Counted from the first letter of the stretch, positions 45,218-55,296 are shown. The stretch: 64,000 nucleotides of DNA from an uncultured Candidatus Saccharibacteria bacterium (GCA_964567265.1 CAZMLK010000001.1:459723-523722); one strand, 5' to 3'. Notes: generated from the letters alone by a model not told the origin. Numbers and translations are program-made.

Positions 45218-46567
45218 TTAGTGTTTCGTTTTCGTGCGCGCGCCGATTCGCGTACTTCGTTTTCGTAATCGCGCTCGTGGCGGTCTTTGTATTGACGGAA
45301 CCTTCACTGCCGGGAGGGTCAGGAGGAAGGTCGAGCCCTTTCCTTTGCGACTCTTCACGTTTATGTGGCCCTTATGCTGCTCTGCGATCGCCATCGAGAT
45401 ATAAAGGCCGATGCCAAGTCCTGAGAAATTCTGCCCCTCCTTGCTGGTGACCTGGAAGAAGCGCTTGAAGATCTTGTCGCGATGCTGCTTCTCGATCCCG
45501 ATGCCGAAATCCTGGACGCTCACCGTCGCGGTGCGCGTAGTGCGCGCCAACGTCACAATCACCTTGTTCGCATTCGGCGAATACTTGATTGCATTGACGA
45601 TGAGATTGATGAGCACGCGCCCGATTGAGGTCCGGTCCCCCTTGATCTTCGCATGGGTCCGCCCCTTAAAGATAATCGCATGCTGCGGCGAGAGCAACCT
45701 GCAGTTCCGGATGATCTCTTCGACCAACGGGTCGAGTGCGAACACTTTCTTCGGCAATTCGAACTTCCCCGCCTTGATCTTCGAGACATCAAGGAGATCG
45801 GTGACGAGCTTCGTGAGCTGGTCGATCTGCCCATCCATCCGGATGAGGTAATCCACGAGCATGTTATCGTCGCTTTCCTCGAAGCGCTTCTGGAGGATCT
45901 GCACCAGCGTCTTCAGCGTGGTCACCGGCGTCTTCAGCTCATGACTGGCCATCGACATGAACACGTCGGTACGCTGCTGGAAGAATTTCCGCTCGCTGAT
46001 ATCCTCCATGGCGAGCACCGTGAGCGCATCAGCTTTCGGGAGTCCATGGACCCTGAGCGCGGAAAAGAGCAGGCATCGGTGCCCGAGTCCCGGAATCACG
46101 CACTCGAATTCGAGCGTGTTCAGAGCGGGCTTCCCCGCACGGGTAGTGTCTAGGAATTCCTCGAGCGTCGGCAGATCCCACGCGTCATCCTGAAGCCCGA
46201 ATACGGACATGCCCCTGACCTGGTCCCGGCTCATGCGGAAAAGCTCGCAGAAAGAGCGGCTCGCATCCTGGATATTTTTATCAGCATCCAGAATCAAAAG
46301 CGGCTCCCGTATCGCGTCCAAGATCCCTTGAACGAATGCGTGAGCCTCTTTCTCCTTCCGTCGTGCTGCTTCTATGTCGTTGCCCAAGAATCCAGAGATG
46401 GGAGACTGCCTGAATCCGAGACCAACCGCCGTGGGGGATGCCTGGGGCGGTCCCGCTACGTTTTTCAGGCGCAGCCGGGGCCTGCCTCCCGCACGGTGCG
46501 AGGACTTTTTTGTACGGGGAGTGGGCGGAGATGTGGTTGTAGGCCTTTTTTTCAGCATACCTATCAT
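45218..46567 (-). CDS. PAS-domain sensor histidine kinase
   Basis: PAS 'ILDAIREPLLILDADKNIQDASRSFCELFRMSRDQVRG'; HisKA 'MASHELKTPVTTL'; HATPase_c 'VQDFGIGIEKQHRDKIFKRFFQV...GLGIGLYI'. Confidence 0.75.
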   Translation of the reverse strand: MIGMLKKRPTTTSPPTPRTKKSSHRAGGRPRLRLKNVAGPPQASPTAVGLGFRQSPISGFLGNDIEAARRKEKEAHAFVQGILDAIREPLLILDADKNIQDASRSFCELFRMSRDQVRGMSVFGLQDDAWDLPTLEEFLDTTRAGKPALNTLEFECVIPGLGHRCLLFSALRVHGLPKADALTVLAMEDISERKFFQQRTDVFMSMASHELKTPVTTLKTLVQILQKRFEESDDNMLVDYLIRMDGQIDQLTKLVTDLLDVSKIKAGKFELPKKVFALDPLVEEIIRNCRLLSPQHAIIFKGRTHAKIKGDRTSIGRVLINLIVNAIKYSPNANKVIVTLARTTRTATVSVQDFGIGIEKQHRDKIFKRFFQVTSKEGQNFSGLGIGLYISMAIAEQHKGHINVKSRKGKGSTFLLTLPAVKVPSIQRPPRARLRKRSTRIGARTKTKH

Positions 46568-46890
46568 TGGCCAGGCAGCAACCGAAACGTGTCCCCGATC
46601 GGACGCCCATAATTCTACCACTCATTCCATGGGCCCTTAATGAAGGTTTTGCACATGCGTATTGCATGAATAATATTCGTATTTTCGATTCACCTTCCCT
46701 TCACTGCCGCCTTGGTACTGTTTCATGTAGGCGCGGCCTTTCACGCACGCCCTGCGACTGATTTCATCCGCAGGAAGCGGCTGCCGCGCGCACCAGTACG
46801 CCACTTGTTACCAGCAGTTCATTCTCCATTCGCATGATCGAACCCACTTCATGGGCGCCGCGTGCGGACGAACCATGTATGAAGATGTGA

Positions 46891-46930
46891 GCCGGAGAGG
46901 CCGACGACGACTGGTCTCGGCCTCTCCGGC
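46891..46930. other. Perfect 14-bp inverted repeat (12-nt loop) in a ~465-bp gene-poor region upstream of the polysaccharide operon
   Basis: GCCGGAGAGGCCGA-cgacgactggtc-TCGGCCTCTCCGGC, with no flanking U-tract. Confidence 0.35.
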
Positions 46931-47086
46931 GCGCACTATGAGAATAGGATGAGCAAAAAAGTGTGAACTTCATTTCATATTGAAACGAAGCACACTCCGT
47001 TTCGTCATCACTGCAGGTGCCCTTCCACGCAAATGAAAGATACGCGTGATCGCGAAGAGTGTTTTGTAAGACTAATCGACACTCCC

Positions 47087-48448
47087 ATGCAACACGACAT
47101 CCTCGAACGACAGGCACACACGACCGTGCGCCTCCCGCTCGCAAAGCGCGCCGAAACCGACCAGAAGCAGATCGTCACCGTGATCGGACTCGGTTACGTC
47201 GGACTCCCCTTGGCGCTCATGGCTGAGACGGAAGGCTACCGCGTATTCGGAATCGATACTGACATCGAAAAAGTCGAGGCATTGAAACGCAAATCAGCAC
47301 CCCATCTCTCAGAACAAGAAAAGAAGCTATTCCAGAAAAGCAAATTCCATATTCGCACGGACGGCAGTCCGCTCGCCGATTCTGACATCGTACTCGTGTG
47401 CGTCCCGACGCCAGTCTATGCGGATCATGCGCCGAATCTCGAGCCCTTGATCGGCGCAACTGAGCTCGTCGCCGCAAACCTTAGCGAGGGACAGCTCGTC
47501 ATCATCGAATCGACCGTGAACCCGGGCGTCTGTGAGGAAGTCCTCATACCTATCCTTGAACGCGTCTCAGGGCTTGCAGCCGGGAAGGATTTCTTCTTCG
47601 CGCACTGCCCGGAGCGCATCAACCCCGGTGATGACCGCTGGACGCTCGCGACCATCAACCGCGTGATCGGCGCTAATGACGCGACCAGCCTCGCGCGTGC
47701 GAGCATATTCTACGAATCCATATTGGATGCGGATGTCTATCCGATGCAATCCCTCAAGGAAGCGGAGGCAGTGAAGATCGTCGAGAACTCATTCCGCGAC
47801 ATCAATATCGCGTTCGTGAACGAGCTCGCGATGTCCTTCGACAAGCTCGGCATCGACGTCACCAACGTCATCAAGGGCGCCTCCACGAAGCCGTTCTCGT
47901 TCATGGCGCACTTTCCCGGATGCGGCGTCGGCGGCCATTGCATTCCGGTGGATCCGTATTACCTGATCTCGTACGCAGCTGAGAATGGCTTCACGCATCG
48001 ATTCCTGTCGGCAGCACGGGAGATCAACAACGGCATGCCGCACTATACCGTCAATCTGATGGCCGGCATCCTCGCCGACGCATACACCGAATCGAAAGCA
48101 TCCCTCGACGGCAAGCAGATCGCCCTCCTCGGACTCTCCTACAAGCGTGATGTGCCGGATCTCCGCGAAAGCCCCGCGCTCGAGATCAAGGAGGAATTGG
48201 AGCGCCAAGGAGCGACCGTCCGCGTGTTCGATCCCTTCCTCCCGACCCAGTCGACCGCGAAAACGCTCGAGGAGGCCATTACCGGAGCTGACGGCATCAT
48301 ACTCGCGACCGACCACTCCGCATTCACGGCACTCACCCCGGCGCTGTGCCGCAAGGCGGGAGTCTCCGCGATCGTCGACGGCCGCAACTTCCTGCCGAAG
48401 GATCGCTTCGTCGCGGCAGGAATCAGCTATAAAGGAATCGGGCGATGA
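47087..48448 (+). CDS. Nucleotide-sugar 6-dehydrogenase (UDP-glucose / UDP-GlcNAc / UDP-ManNAc dehydrogenase family)
   Basis: N-terminal Rossmann 'VIGLGYVGLPLAL', catalytic 'GGHCIPVDP', and a C-terminal UDP-binding domain. Confidence 0.85.
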   Translation: MQHDILERQAHTTVRLPLAKRAETDQKQIVTVIGLGYVGLPLALMAETEGYRVFGIDTDIEKVEALKRKSAPHLSEQEKKLFQKSKFHIRTDGSPLADSDIVLVCVPTPVYADHAPNLEPLIGATELVAANLSEGQLVIIESTVNPGVCEEVLIPILERVSGLAAGKDFFFAHCPERINPGDDRWTLATINRVIGANDATSLARASIFYESILDADVYPMQSLKEAEAVKIVENSFRDINIAFVNELAMSFDKLGIDVTNVIKGASTKPFSFMAHFPGCGVGGHCIPVDPYYLISYAAENGFTHRFLSAAREINNGMPHYTVNLMAGILADAYTESKASLDGKQIALLGLSYKRDVPDLRESPALEIKEELERQGATVRVFDPFLPTQSTAKTLEEAITGADGIILATDHSAFTALTPALCRKAGVSAIVDGRNFLPKDRFVAAGISYKGIGR

Positions 48449-49758
48449 AAAAAAGAAAACTCACAACCTGGAAGCGGTCACTCCGTATCCTCCAGTATCT
48501 CGGACGGAAGACGTATGACGCGGGATTGTGGTTCATATTCTTCTTCATCATCTACATCGTCCTCCTCGTGAAGGTCGCGACCGGATTCTCCGTCCATACC
48601 GATCTCTTCTTCGGATTCTATTCCCTCGCGATCACCCTCTACATCTTCTCGCGCTTCTTCCTGTCGTACTTCCATCGCTCGTTCGAGTACGATCTCGAGT
48701 ACACGCCGACGGTCTCATTCGTGGTGCCCGCGAAGAACGAAGGCGACAATATCGCCCAGACGCTGGAGCGCTTCGCTGAAGTGGACTACCCGCTCGACAA
48801 GATCGAAGTCATCGCCATCAACGACGGTTCTGATGACAACACGCTCGAGGCCATGCAAAAGGCCGCGGCCGCGCTCCGCGACGTGATCGGTCGCGTCGAG
48901 GTCGTGGACTGGAAAGTGAACCGCGGCAAGCGCCAGGGCATGGCCGAAGGCGTGATGCGCTCGAGAGCCGACATCATCATCTTCGTCGACAGCGACAGCT
49001 TCATCGCGCCCGATTGCGTGCGCCATCTCGTGAAGTACTTCGTCAATCCGAAGGTGGGCGCGGTCTCCGGCCACACCGACGTCTATAACCGCGACACCAA
49101 CCTCCTCACCCAGATGCAGGCCGTCCGCTACTACATCGCGTTCAAAGTCTACAAGGCGGCAGAATCCGTGTTCGGGAACGTCACCTGCTGCCCGGGCTGC
49201 TGCTCCGCGTACCGGAGGGAGTATCTCGTCGAATTCCTCGACGCGTGGCTCCACCAAACCTTCCTCGGGAAGGAATGCACCTTCGGCGACGACCGCAGCC
49301 TCACCAATTACATGATCCGCAAGTACGAGGCCGTGTACTCGCCGGAAGCGAAGGCAGAGACCGTCGTGCCGGACAACTTCGGCAAGTACATGCGCCAGCA
49401 GCAGCGATGGAAGAAGTCATGGGTGCGCGAGACATTCATCGCCTCGTCGTTCATCTGGCGCAAGAACCCGATCGCCGCACTCTTCTTCTACATCTACGTG
49501 TTCCTCGCATTCGCCTCCCCAGTGGTCTTCTTCCGCGCGCTCATCTGGTATCCGTACATCCATCACCAGTGGCCGATCGTGTACCTCATGGGCCTCTTCC
49601 TCATGCTCGTCCTCCATGGGCTCTACTACCGCATCAAGGTCGGGCCGCGCGCATGGTTCCTCGCCATTATCAGCTTCTGGTTCAACACGGTGATCCTCAT
49701 GTGGCAGCTGCCCTGGGCAGTGGTCACCATCGCGGACACCCGCTGGGGCACGCGATGA
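48445..49758 (+). CDS. Processive family-2 glycosyltransferase, class-I hyaluronan synthase / NodC-like
   Basis: 'IAINDGSDDNT', 'IIFVDSDSFIAPDC', 'CCPGCCSAYRREYL', 'GDDRSLTNYMI' and 'QQQRWKKSWVRE' (QxxRW), plus multiple TM helices. The ATGA overlaps the dehydrogenase stop. Confidence 0.8.
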   Translation: MKKRKLTTWKRSLRILQYLGRKTYDAGLWFIFFFIIYIVLLVKVATGFSVHTDLFFGFYSLAITLYIFSRFFLSYFHRSFEYDLEYTPTVSFVVPAKNEGDNIAQTLERFAEVDYPLDKIEVIAINDGSDDNTLEAMQKAAAALRDVIGRVEVVDWKVNRGKRQGMAEGVMRSRADIIIFVDSDSFIAPDCVRHLVKYFVNPKVGAVSGHTDVYNRDTNLLTQMQAVRYYIAFKVYKAAESVFGNVTCCPGCCSAYRREYLVEFLDAWLHQTFLGKECTFGDDRSLTNYMIRKYEAVYSPEAKAETVVPDNFGKYMRQQQRWKKSWVRETFIASSFIWRKNPIAALFFYIYVFLAFASPVVFFRALIWYPYIHHQWPIVYLMGLFLMLVLHGLYYRIKVGPRAWFLAIISFWFNTVILMWQLPWAVVTIADTRWGTR

Positions 49759-49783
49759 TCGGACGCGCTAACACGAAACCCGT

Positions 49784-51448
49784 ATGTATTTCGACTTCTC
49801 AACAGAAAAAGTCTCACGGCTCCTGGCGGTCATCGGCATCATGTTCGTGTCCGTGTACGCGATCGTCTCAGCCTATCCGAACTTCAGCGTCACCTACATC
49901 AACGACTGGACCGGCAGCTACGCGAACCGCTCCAAGGCGACGCTCGCCTACTGGTGGTCATACAAGCTCCCGACCGAAGGAAATGCCTACGGCGTGAATC
50001 CGGTCCAAGCGATCGCGAGCCCGCTCGGCTCGTTCTTCGCCGGAATCCGCGAGCGCCTCGGAGGTGCGCCCGTGCACGATTCGACGGCATACGCCGCAGC
50101 TGCGAACGGCGCGGGCGTCGCGCGCTCGATTCCCGTGCTCCTCTACCATGGAGAAAGCGCCGAAAGCCAGAACATACCCCTGGAGCGATTCGTGACGCAG
50201 ATGCGCGCAATCAAGGAGGCAGGGTGGCACACCATCACGATGGAGCAGTTCTACGCCTTCGTGAAGAGCGGCACGCCGCTTCCTGACAAATCCTTCCTCC
50301 TTACCTTCGATGATGGCCGCAAGGACAGCTACTATCCGACCGACCCAGTGCTCCAGGATCTCGGGTTCAACGCCGTCATGTTCGTGGTGACCGGCTATTC
50401 GATGCCGTCAGATACGAGCAAGAAATCGACATTCTATCTCTCGAAGACCGAGCTCCATGAGATGCAGAATACCGGCCGTTGGGAGCTTGAGTCGCACGGG
50501 AAGGAAGACCACGTGTTCTACTACGTCGACGGGAAAGGGACCGAAGGCCACTTCCTCAGCAACAAGCTCTGGCTTCCCGACACAAAGACGCTGGAGAGCG
50601 AGGCTGTATTCAAGCAGCGGATCACGAGCGATCTCGCGGCAGCGAAATCCTCACTCGAGAAGGAATTCGGAAAGCCGGTCATCGCGTTCGCCTATCCCTT
50701 CAGCGACTACGGCCAGGATTCCATCAATTTCAAGGGCTCGAAGCCGATCGTGAACGACGTCGTCGGCTCGCTCTACCAGCTCGCGTTCTACCAGGCGACC
50801 TTCGCGGATGGCGACAGCTTCAACTACCCCGCATCCAAAAACTACATGGTGAAGCGCATCGAGCCGCGCTCGAACTGGGACGGTGCCGCGGTCGTCGCTG
50901 CGCTCGAGAGCGGCCGCGCCAAGGAGCTTCCTTACACCAGCGAATCCTTCGGCCAGGAGTGGCTCCAGACCTGGGGCACCGTGACGAAGAACGGGGGCAT
51001 GCTCTCGCTCGCTGCGAATCCAGACACGACCGGCGCAGCGACCTTCCTCAATGGTTCCGGCTGGTGGAAGAATTACAGCCTGTCCATCACCGTCGCGCGC
51101 CGCACCGGAAGCGACATCATGCTCATGGCACGCCACCAAGATAGCAATAACTACGTCCTCTGCGCGTTCTCCGGCAGCCGTGTCGCACTCCGCGAGAACC
51201 TGGGCGGCGTCCCTCGCATCCTTGGATCGGAGAAGCACACCTTCGCCACGAAGACCGGCAGCGCGGTGCTCGGCATGAACGTCACCGATGACAGCGCGGA
51301 ATGCCTCGTCGACGGAAAGGTGGTGACGCATGGAGAGATGATCAGCCCTGCGCTCCGCCAAGGCGGCGTCGGCGTCCAGGTATGGGATGAGAGGAAGGAC
51401 ACTGCGAGCGCGCGGATCGAGAGCATCTCCATCCTTCCACTCGAATGA
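49784..51448 (+). CDS. Membrane-anchored polysaccharide deacetylase (CE4) with a C-terminal jelly-roll-like domain
   Basis: 'FLLTFDDGRKDSYY' carries the CE4 DD motif, then a His motif; the C-terminal ~170 aa look beta-rich and lectin-like. Confidence 0.8.
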   Translation: MYFDFSTEKVSRLLAVIGIMFVSVYAIVSAYPNFSVTYINDWTGSYANRSKATLAYWWSYKLPTEGNAYGVNPVQAIASPLGSFFAGIRERLGGAPVHDSTAYAAAANGAGVARSIPVLLYHGESAESQNIPLERFVTQMRAIKEAGWHTITMEQFYAFVKSGTPLPDKSFLLTFDDGRKDSYYPTDPVLQDLGFNAVMFVVTGYSMPSDTSKKSTFYLSKTELHEMQNTGRWELESHGKEDHVFYYVDGKGTEGHFLSNKLWLPDTKTLESEAVFKQRITSDLAAAKSSLEKEFGKPVIAFAYPFSDYGQDSINFKGSKPIVNDVVGSLYQLAFYQATFADGDSFNYPASKNYMVKRIEPRSNWDGAAVVAALESGRAKELPYTSESFGQEWLQTWGTVTKNGGMLSLAANPDTTGAATFLNGSGWWKNYSLSITVARRTGSDIMLMARHQDSNNYVLCAFSGSRVALRENLGGVPRILGSEKHTFATKTGSAVLGMNVTDDSAECLVDGKVVTHGEMISPALRQGGVGVQVWDERKDTASARIESISILPLE

Positions 51449-52356
51449 TGGCGCGCGCACGAAACATGAACCCGTTCGTTCGGAAAAACCTGCTCAGGCT
51501 CTTCATTGCGATCAGCATCCTTGAAGCGATCATCATCCTCTGGAGGGATATCCCCCTCACCCGCGTGCTACCCGATGATCGGAATACGTCATCGCATGTC
51601 GAAGCCGCAGAGCTCCACGCGCCCACAACATTCAACTTCGATGGAACGCGAGCAGTCACGGAAGCCGGTGAGATGGAGGAGAGTGGCGATTCCTACTGGT
51701 GGCTGAACTCCGGAGCATTCCTGTACATCGATAACGGAGCAGCACGGACCGTCTCCGGCGAGCTGCCCTTCCTCTCGTACTGGCGCATCCTCTACGCGAA
51801 GACCAGCGGCGTCGACACCGATCGCGGCTACCATCCGCAGAATCTCTTCCGCCTCGTGAGTCGCAGCGACTGGGAGGACGTCAGCATGACCGCGTACTTC
51901 CGCATCGACCGGGACAATCTGAGCGCGAGCCCGAATCGGAATGCGTCGAACGGCCTTCTTCTCATGACGCGCTACCATGACGGCGACAACCTCTACTATG
52001 CAGGCATCCGCGTCGACGGGAATGCGATCATCAAGAAGAAGATCGGCGGCACGTATTTCACCCTCGCGGAAAAGAAGATCTTCGCAGGCACCTATGACCA
52101 CGATAAGAATCCGAGCCTCTTGCCGATCCATGAGTGGGTGGGGCTCCGGAGCATCACAAAAAATAACCCCGACGGGACCGTGACCGTCACCCTCCTCATG
52201 GACCTCAAAAGCACGGGCGAATGGAAGGAAATCGCGAGCGCAGTAGACAGTGGGAAGGAACTCGGCGGAGCGCCGCACCTTGCTGCCGGCCATATAGGCA
52301 TCCGCACCGACTTCATGGACGTGAGTTTCCGCGAAGTGAGTGTCGCTGCGCCCTAG
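51445..52356 (+). CDS. Secreted predicted beta-jelly-roll protein, paralog B of the gene at 10113-10970
   Basis: It shares long identical blocks with the 10113 gene, and its ATGA overlaps the CE4 stop. Confidence 0.7.
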   Translation: MMARARNMNPFVRKNLLRLFIAISILEAIIILWRDIPLTRVLPDDRNTSSHVEAAELHAPTTFNFDGTRAVTEAGEMEESGDSYWWLNSGAFLYIDNGAARTVSGELPFLSYWRILYAKTSGVDTDRGYHPQNLFRLVSRSDWEDVSMTAYFRIDRDNLSASPNRNASNGLLLMTRYHDGDNLYYAGIRVDGNAIIKKKIGGTYFTLAEKKIFAGTYDHDKNPSLLPIHEWVGLRSITKNNPDGTVTVTLLMDLKSTGEWKEIASAVDSGKELGGAPHLAAGHIGIRTDFMDVSFREVSVAAP

Positions 52357-52429
52357 ATGATTCCTTCTTCATGAAATGCTCATCGCCATTCCTGATATAC
52401 TGGCGGCATTATTCATTCATGCACTCACT

Positions 52430-52807
52430 ATGATTGATCATGTATCTTTCTCCGTCGCCGATTTCTCCAGGAGCAAGGCATTCTATGCTGCCGCGCTTGC
52501 TCCTCTCGGGTACAAGCTCCTCAGCGAATTCACCGAATGGTCCGTTGCCGGCTTCGGCGCGGGCGGCAAATCGGATATGTGGATCAAGCAAGGTGATGCT
52601 GCTCAGCCTTCACATCTTGCCTTCAATGCAGCAACCAAAGACGAAGTGGACAAGTTCTATGCTGCAGGACTGAATGCAGGCGGCAAGGACAATGGCGCCC
52701 CGGGGTACCGCAAGGATTATTCGCCTGGCTATTATGCAGCCTTCTTGACCGATCCCGACGGACACAATATCGAGGCGGTATTCCACGACCCGAACCCGAT
52801 TTCCTAA
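52430..52807 (+). CDS. VOC/glyoxalase-family protein
   Basis: 'MIDHVSFSVADFSRSKAFYAAALAPLGY' and 'DPDGHNIEAVFH'. Confidence 0.6.
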   Translation: MIDHVSFSVADFSRSKAFYAAALAPLGYKLLSEFTEWSVAGFGAGGKSDMWIKQGDAAQPSHLAFNAATKDEVDKFYAAGLNAGGKDNGAPGYRKDYSPGYYAAFLTDPDGHNIEAVFHDPNPIS

Positions 52808-52875
52808 GCATCGATCACGCACAATCCCAGAACGGGAGACCACGCTCAACTGGGTGGTACTATGAATACACTTCC

Positions 52876-53448
52876 ATGGAGACCACGTTGGCACTTCTTG
52901 AGACCTATAAGTACGTGGTGCTTCTTCCGCTTGCGATAGTCGAGGGACCGATCATCACCATCCTTGCAGGCTTCCTGGTCTCGCTCGGGCATATGAATCC
53001 GTACATCGTATACCCCATCGTGGTCGTCGGAGACGTCATCGGGGATTCATGCCATTACGCGCTCGGGCGATGGGGCGGAAAATCGCTTTTACGGAAAATA
53101 GGTCCGTGGCTCGGCGTGACTGACGATTCACTGAAAGCAGCGAGGGAATATTTCGGCAATCACCACTATCGCGCGCTGACCTTTTCGAAGATCATCCACG
53201 GCATCGGCTTCACAGGCCTCATCACAGCGGGAACGCTCGGCATGCCCTTCGGACGATTCCTCACAACCTGCGCCGCGGTCGCCATCGTACAGTCTGCCGT
53301 ATACCTCCTCATAGGAATCTTCTGCGGCCATGCATACGCTCTCCTTGGGACGGCCCTCGATTATTTCAGCGCCGCGGCCATCATCGGCGCCGCACTGGTC
53401 GCACTCTTTCTTGTCCTGAGGCGATACGGGCTCGGCAAACGCATATGA
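52876..53448 (+). CDS. DedA-family (VTT/SNARE-associated) membrane protein
   Basis: 'LPLAIVEGPIITILAGFL' and 'GRWGGKSLL' are DedA blocks. Confidence 0.75.
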   Translation: METTLALLETYKYVVLLPLAIVEGPIITILAGFLVSLGHMNPYIVYPIVVVGDVIGDSCHYALGRWGGKSLLRKIGPWLGVTDDSLKAAREYFGNHHYRALTFSKIIHGIGFTGLITAGTLGMPFGRFLTTCAAVAIVQSAVYLLIGIFCGHAYALLGTALDYFSAAAIIGAALVALFLVLRRYGLGKRI

Positions 53449-54614
53449 AAATCTTGATCGCTGCTGACACATATCATCCGCATATTAATGGCGCGTCCTA
53501 TTTCGGGCAGCGGCTGGCTGCTGGCCTCAAGGAGCGCGGCCACGAGATCGCAGTACTCTCCCCTGCTGAATCGTTCAACAATGATTCCAGGGTGGACGAG
53601 CACGGCATTCAGCGTTTTGGCGTACGCTCCATCTCGCTCATGTTCCACCACGCGTTCCGCTTCACGCTTCCCGCGCCATTCATCAAGAGCCGAGTCCGTG
53701 AAGTCATCGTGAGCTGGCAGCCCGACCTCATCCATTCGCAAGGCCATTTCTCGATCGGCCGCTCCGCGATTGCCGTTGCCAAGGAACGCGGCATCAAAGT
53801 GGTGGCCACGAACCACTTCATGCCTGAGAACCTGACGCCCTATCTCCATCTTCCGGAACGGATGAATCACCGCATCAAAGAAATCATGTGGCGGGATTTC
53901 GTCAGCGTATTCAAGCATGCCGCGCGCGTGACGACGCCGACCGAGACCGCAGCGAAGCTCATCCGCGGACGCCTGCCGCAGTCGATCGATGTCATTTCCT
54001 GCGGCGTCGATCTCACGCGGTTCACGCCAGAAAACAGGTCGGGTTCCATCCGAGCGCGCTATCATCTCCCTGAAAACGTGCGTCTCCTCCTTTTTGTCGG
54101 CCGCCTCGACCCCGAGAAGAATGTGGACCTGCTCATGCATGCCGCGAAGATTGCGACCGCGAAGGCAGACTTCCATGTGGTGATCGCGGGCGCGGGCGTC
54201 GAGGAGCGGCGTCTTTCCGATCTCGTGAAGGAATTGGGCCTCGAATCGAAGGTAACGCTCACGGGATTCGTCGCGAACGAAGACCTGCCGGCCTTGTATG
54301 CATCTGCGGACGGCTTCCTGCTCGCCTGCGCGGCCGAGCTCCAGAGCATCGCTACGCTTGAAGCCATGGCGTCGGGGCTTCCCGTCATCGTGGTGAATGC
54401 GCTCGCGCTTCCCGAGCTCGGCCGCGAAGGCGAGAATGGATTCCTCTTCAAGGACCTTGATGCCGCTGACTGCGCGGAAAAGATGGCCGCGCTCTTTTCA
54501 GATGAACCAAGACGGAAGGCGATGGGCGTACGAAGCCGTGAAATCGCGGAGACACATGATATTCGAAAGACTATTTCCGCGTTCGAGTCGCTCTACACGG
54601 AGACGCTCGGTTGA
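53445..54614 (+). CDS. Family-4 (GT-B) glycosyltransferase
   Basis: 'MKILIAADTYHPHINGASYF' and the EX7E-type 'ATLEAMASGLPVIVVN'. The ATGA overlaps the DedA stop. Confidence 0.8.
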   Translation: MKILIAADTYHPHINGASYFGQRLAAGLKERGHEIAVLSPAESFNNDSRVDEHGIQRFGVRSISLMFHHAFRFTLPAPFIKSRVREVIVSWQPDLIHSQGHFSIGRSAIAVAKERGIKVVATNHFMPENLTPYLHLPERMNHRIKEIMWRDFVSVFKHAARVTTPTETAAKLIRGRLPQSIDVISCGVDLTRFTPENRSGSIRARYHLPENVRLLLFVGRLDPEKNVDLLMHAAKIATAKADFHVVIAGAGVEERRLSDLVKELGLESKVTLTGFVANEDLPALYASADGFLLACAAELQSIATLEAMASGLPVIVVNALALPELGREGENGFLFKDLDAADCAEKMAALFSDEPRRKAMGVRSREIAETHDIRKTISAFESLYTETLG

Positions 54615-54624
54615 GTTTCGTCCG

Positions 54625-55296
54625 CTACCAATCGATGGGTGACTGGCCGTGCTCCTCGAGATACGCATTCGCCTTGCTGAAATGTTTGTTGCCGAAGAAT
54701 CCGCTGTACGCAGAAAACGGCGACGGGTGCGCCGACGTCAGCACCAGATGTTTTTCAAAATCGATCACGCCTCCCTTCTCTTTCGCATAATTGCCCCAGA
54801 GCATGAATACCAGGTGCTCGCGTTCTTCTGAAAGCGATTTGATCGCGGCGTCGGTAAACGCTTCCCATCCCTTCTTCTGATGCGATCCCGGGGTCTTCGC
54901 CGCGACGGTCAGGGTGGCGTTAAGAAGCAGCACTCCCTGCGTTGCCCATCGTGACAAATCAGCGCCGCCAGCAGTCGGCCGGCCGAGATCGCTCTCGATT
55001 TCCTTGAAGATATTCTGGAGGGAGGGGGGGACGGGTACGCCCTCATGGACCGCGAAACAGAGGCCGTTCGCCTGCCCCGGTCCGTGGTAGGGATCCTGGC
55101 CGAGGATGACGACCTTCACCTGATCGAAGGGGCAGAGATCGAACGCGCGGAAGATGTCTTTCGGTGGCGGATATACTTTCCTCGCTTGGTATTCCCTTTT
55201 GACGAATTCAGTGAGCTCTCCGAAATACGGCTTCTCGAATTCGGGGGCAAGCCGCGCTTTCCATGACTCTTCGAGCTTCACGTTCATAGTGGACAT
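54625..55296 (-). CDS. ung: Uracil-DNA glycosylase, family 1
   Basis: 'KVVILGQDPYHGPGQANGLCFAV', 'GVLLLN' and 'HPSPFSA' are Ung catalytic motifs. Confidence 0.85.
   Translation of the reverse strand: MSTMNVKLEESWKARLAPEFEKPYFGELTEFVKREYQARKVYPPPKDIFRAFDLCPFDQVKVVILGQDPYHGPGQANGLCFAVHEGVPVPPSLQNIFKEIESDLGRPTAGGADLSRWATQGVLLLNATLTVAAKTPGSHQKKGWEAFTDAAIKSLSEEREHLVFMLWGNYAKEKGGVIDFEKHLVLTSAHPSPFSAYSGFFGNKHFSKANAYLEEHGQSPIDW

Noticed and set aside
46764-47144. 126-aa minus-strand ORF in the gap upstream of the dehydrogenase gene
   Set aside because: It is Cys/Arg-rich with no motif. It overlaps the dehydrogenase start region. The gap more likely holds regulatory sequence.
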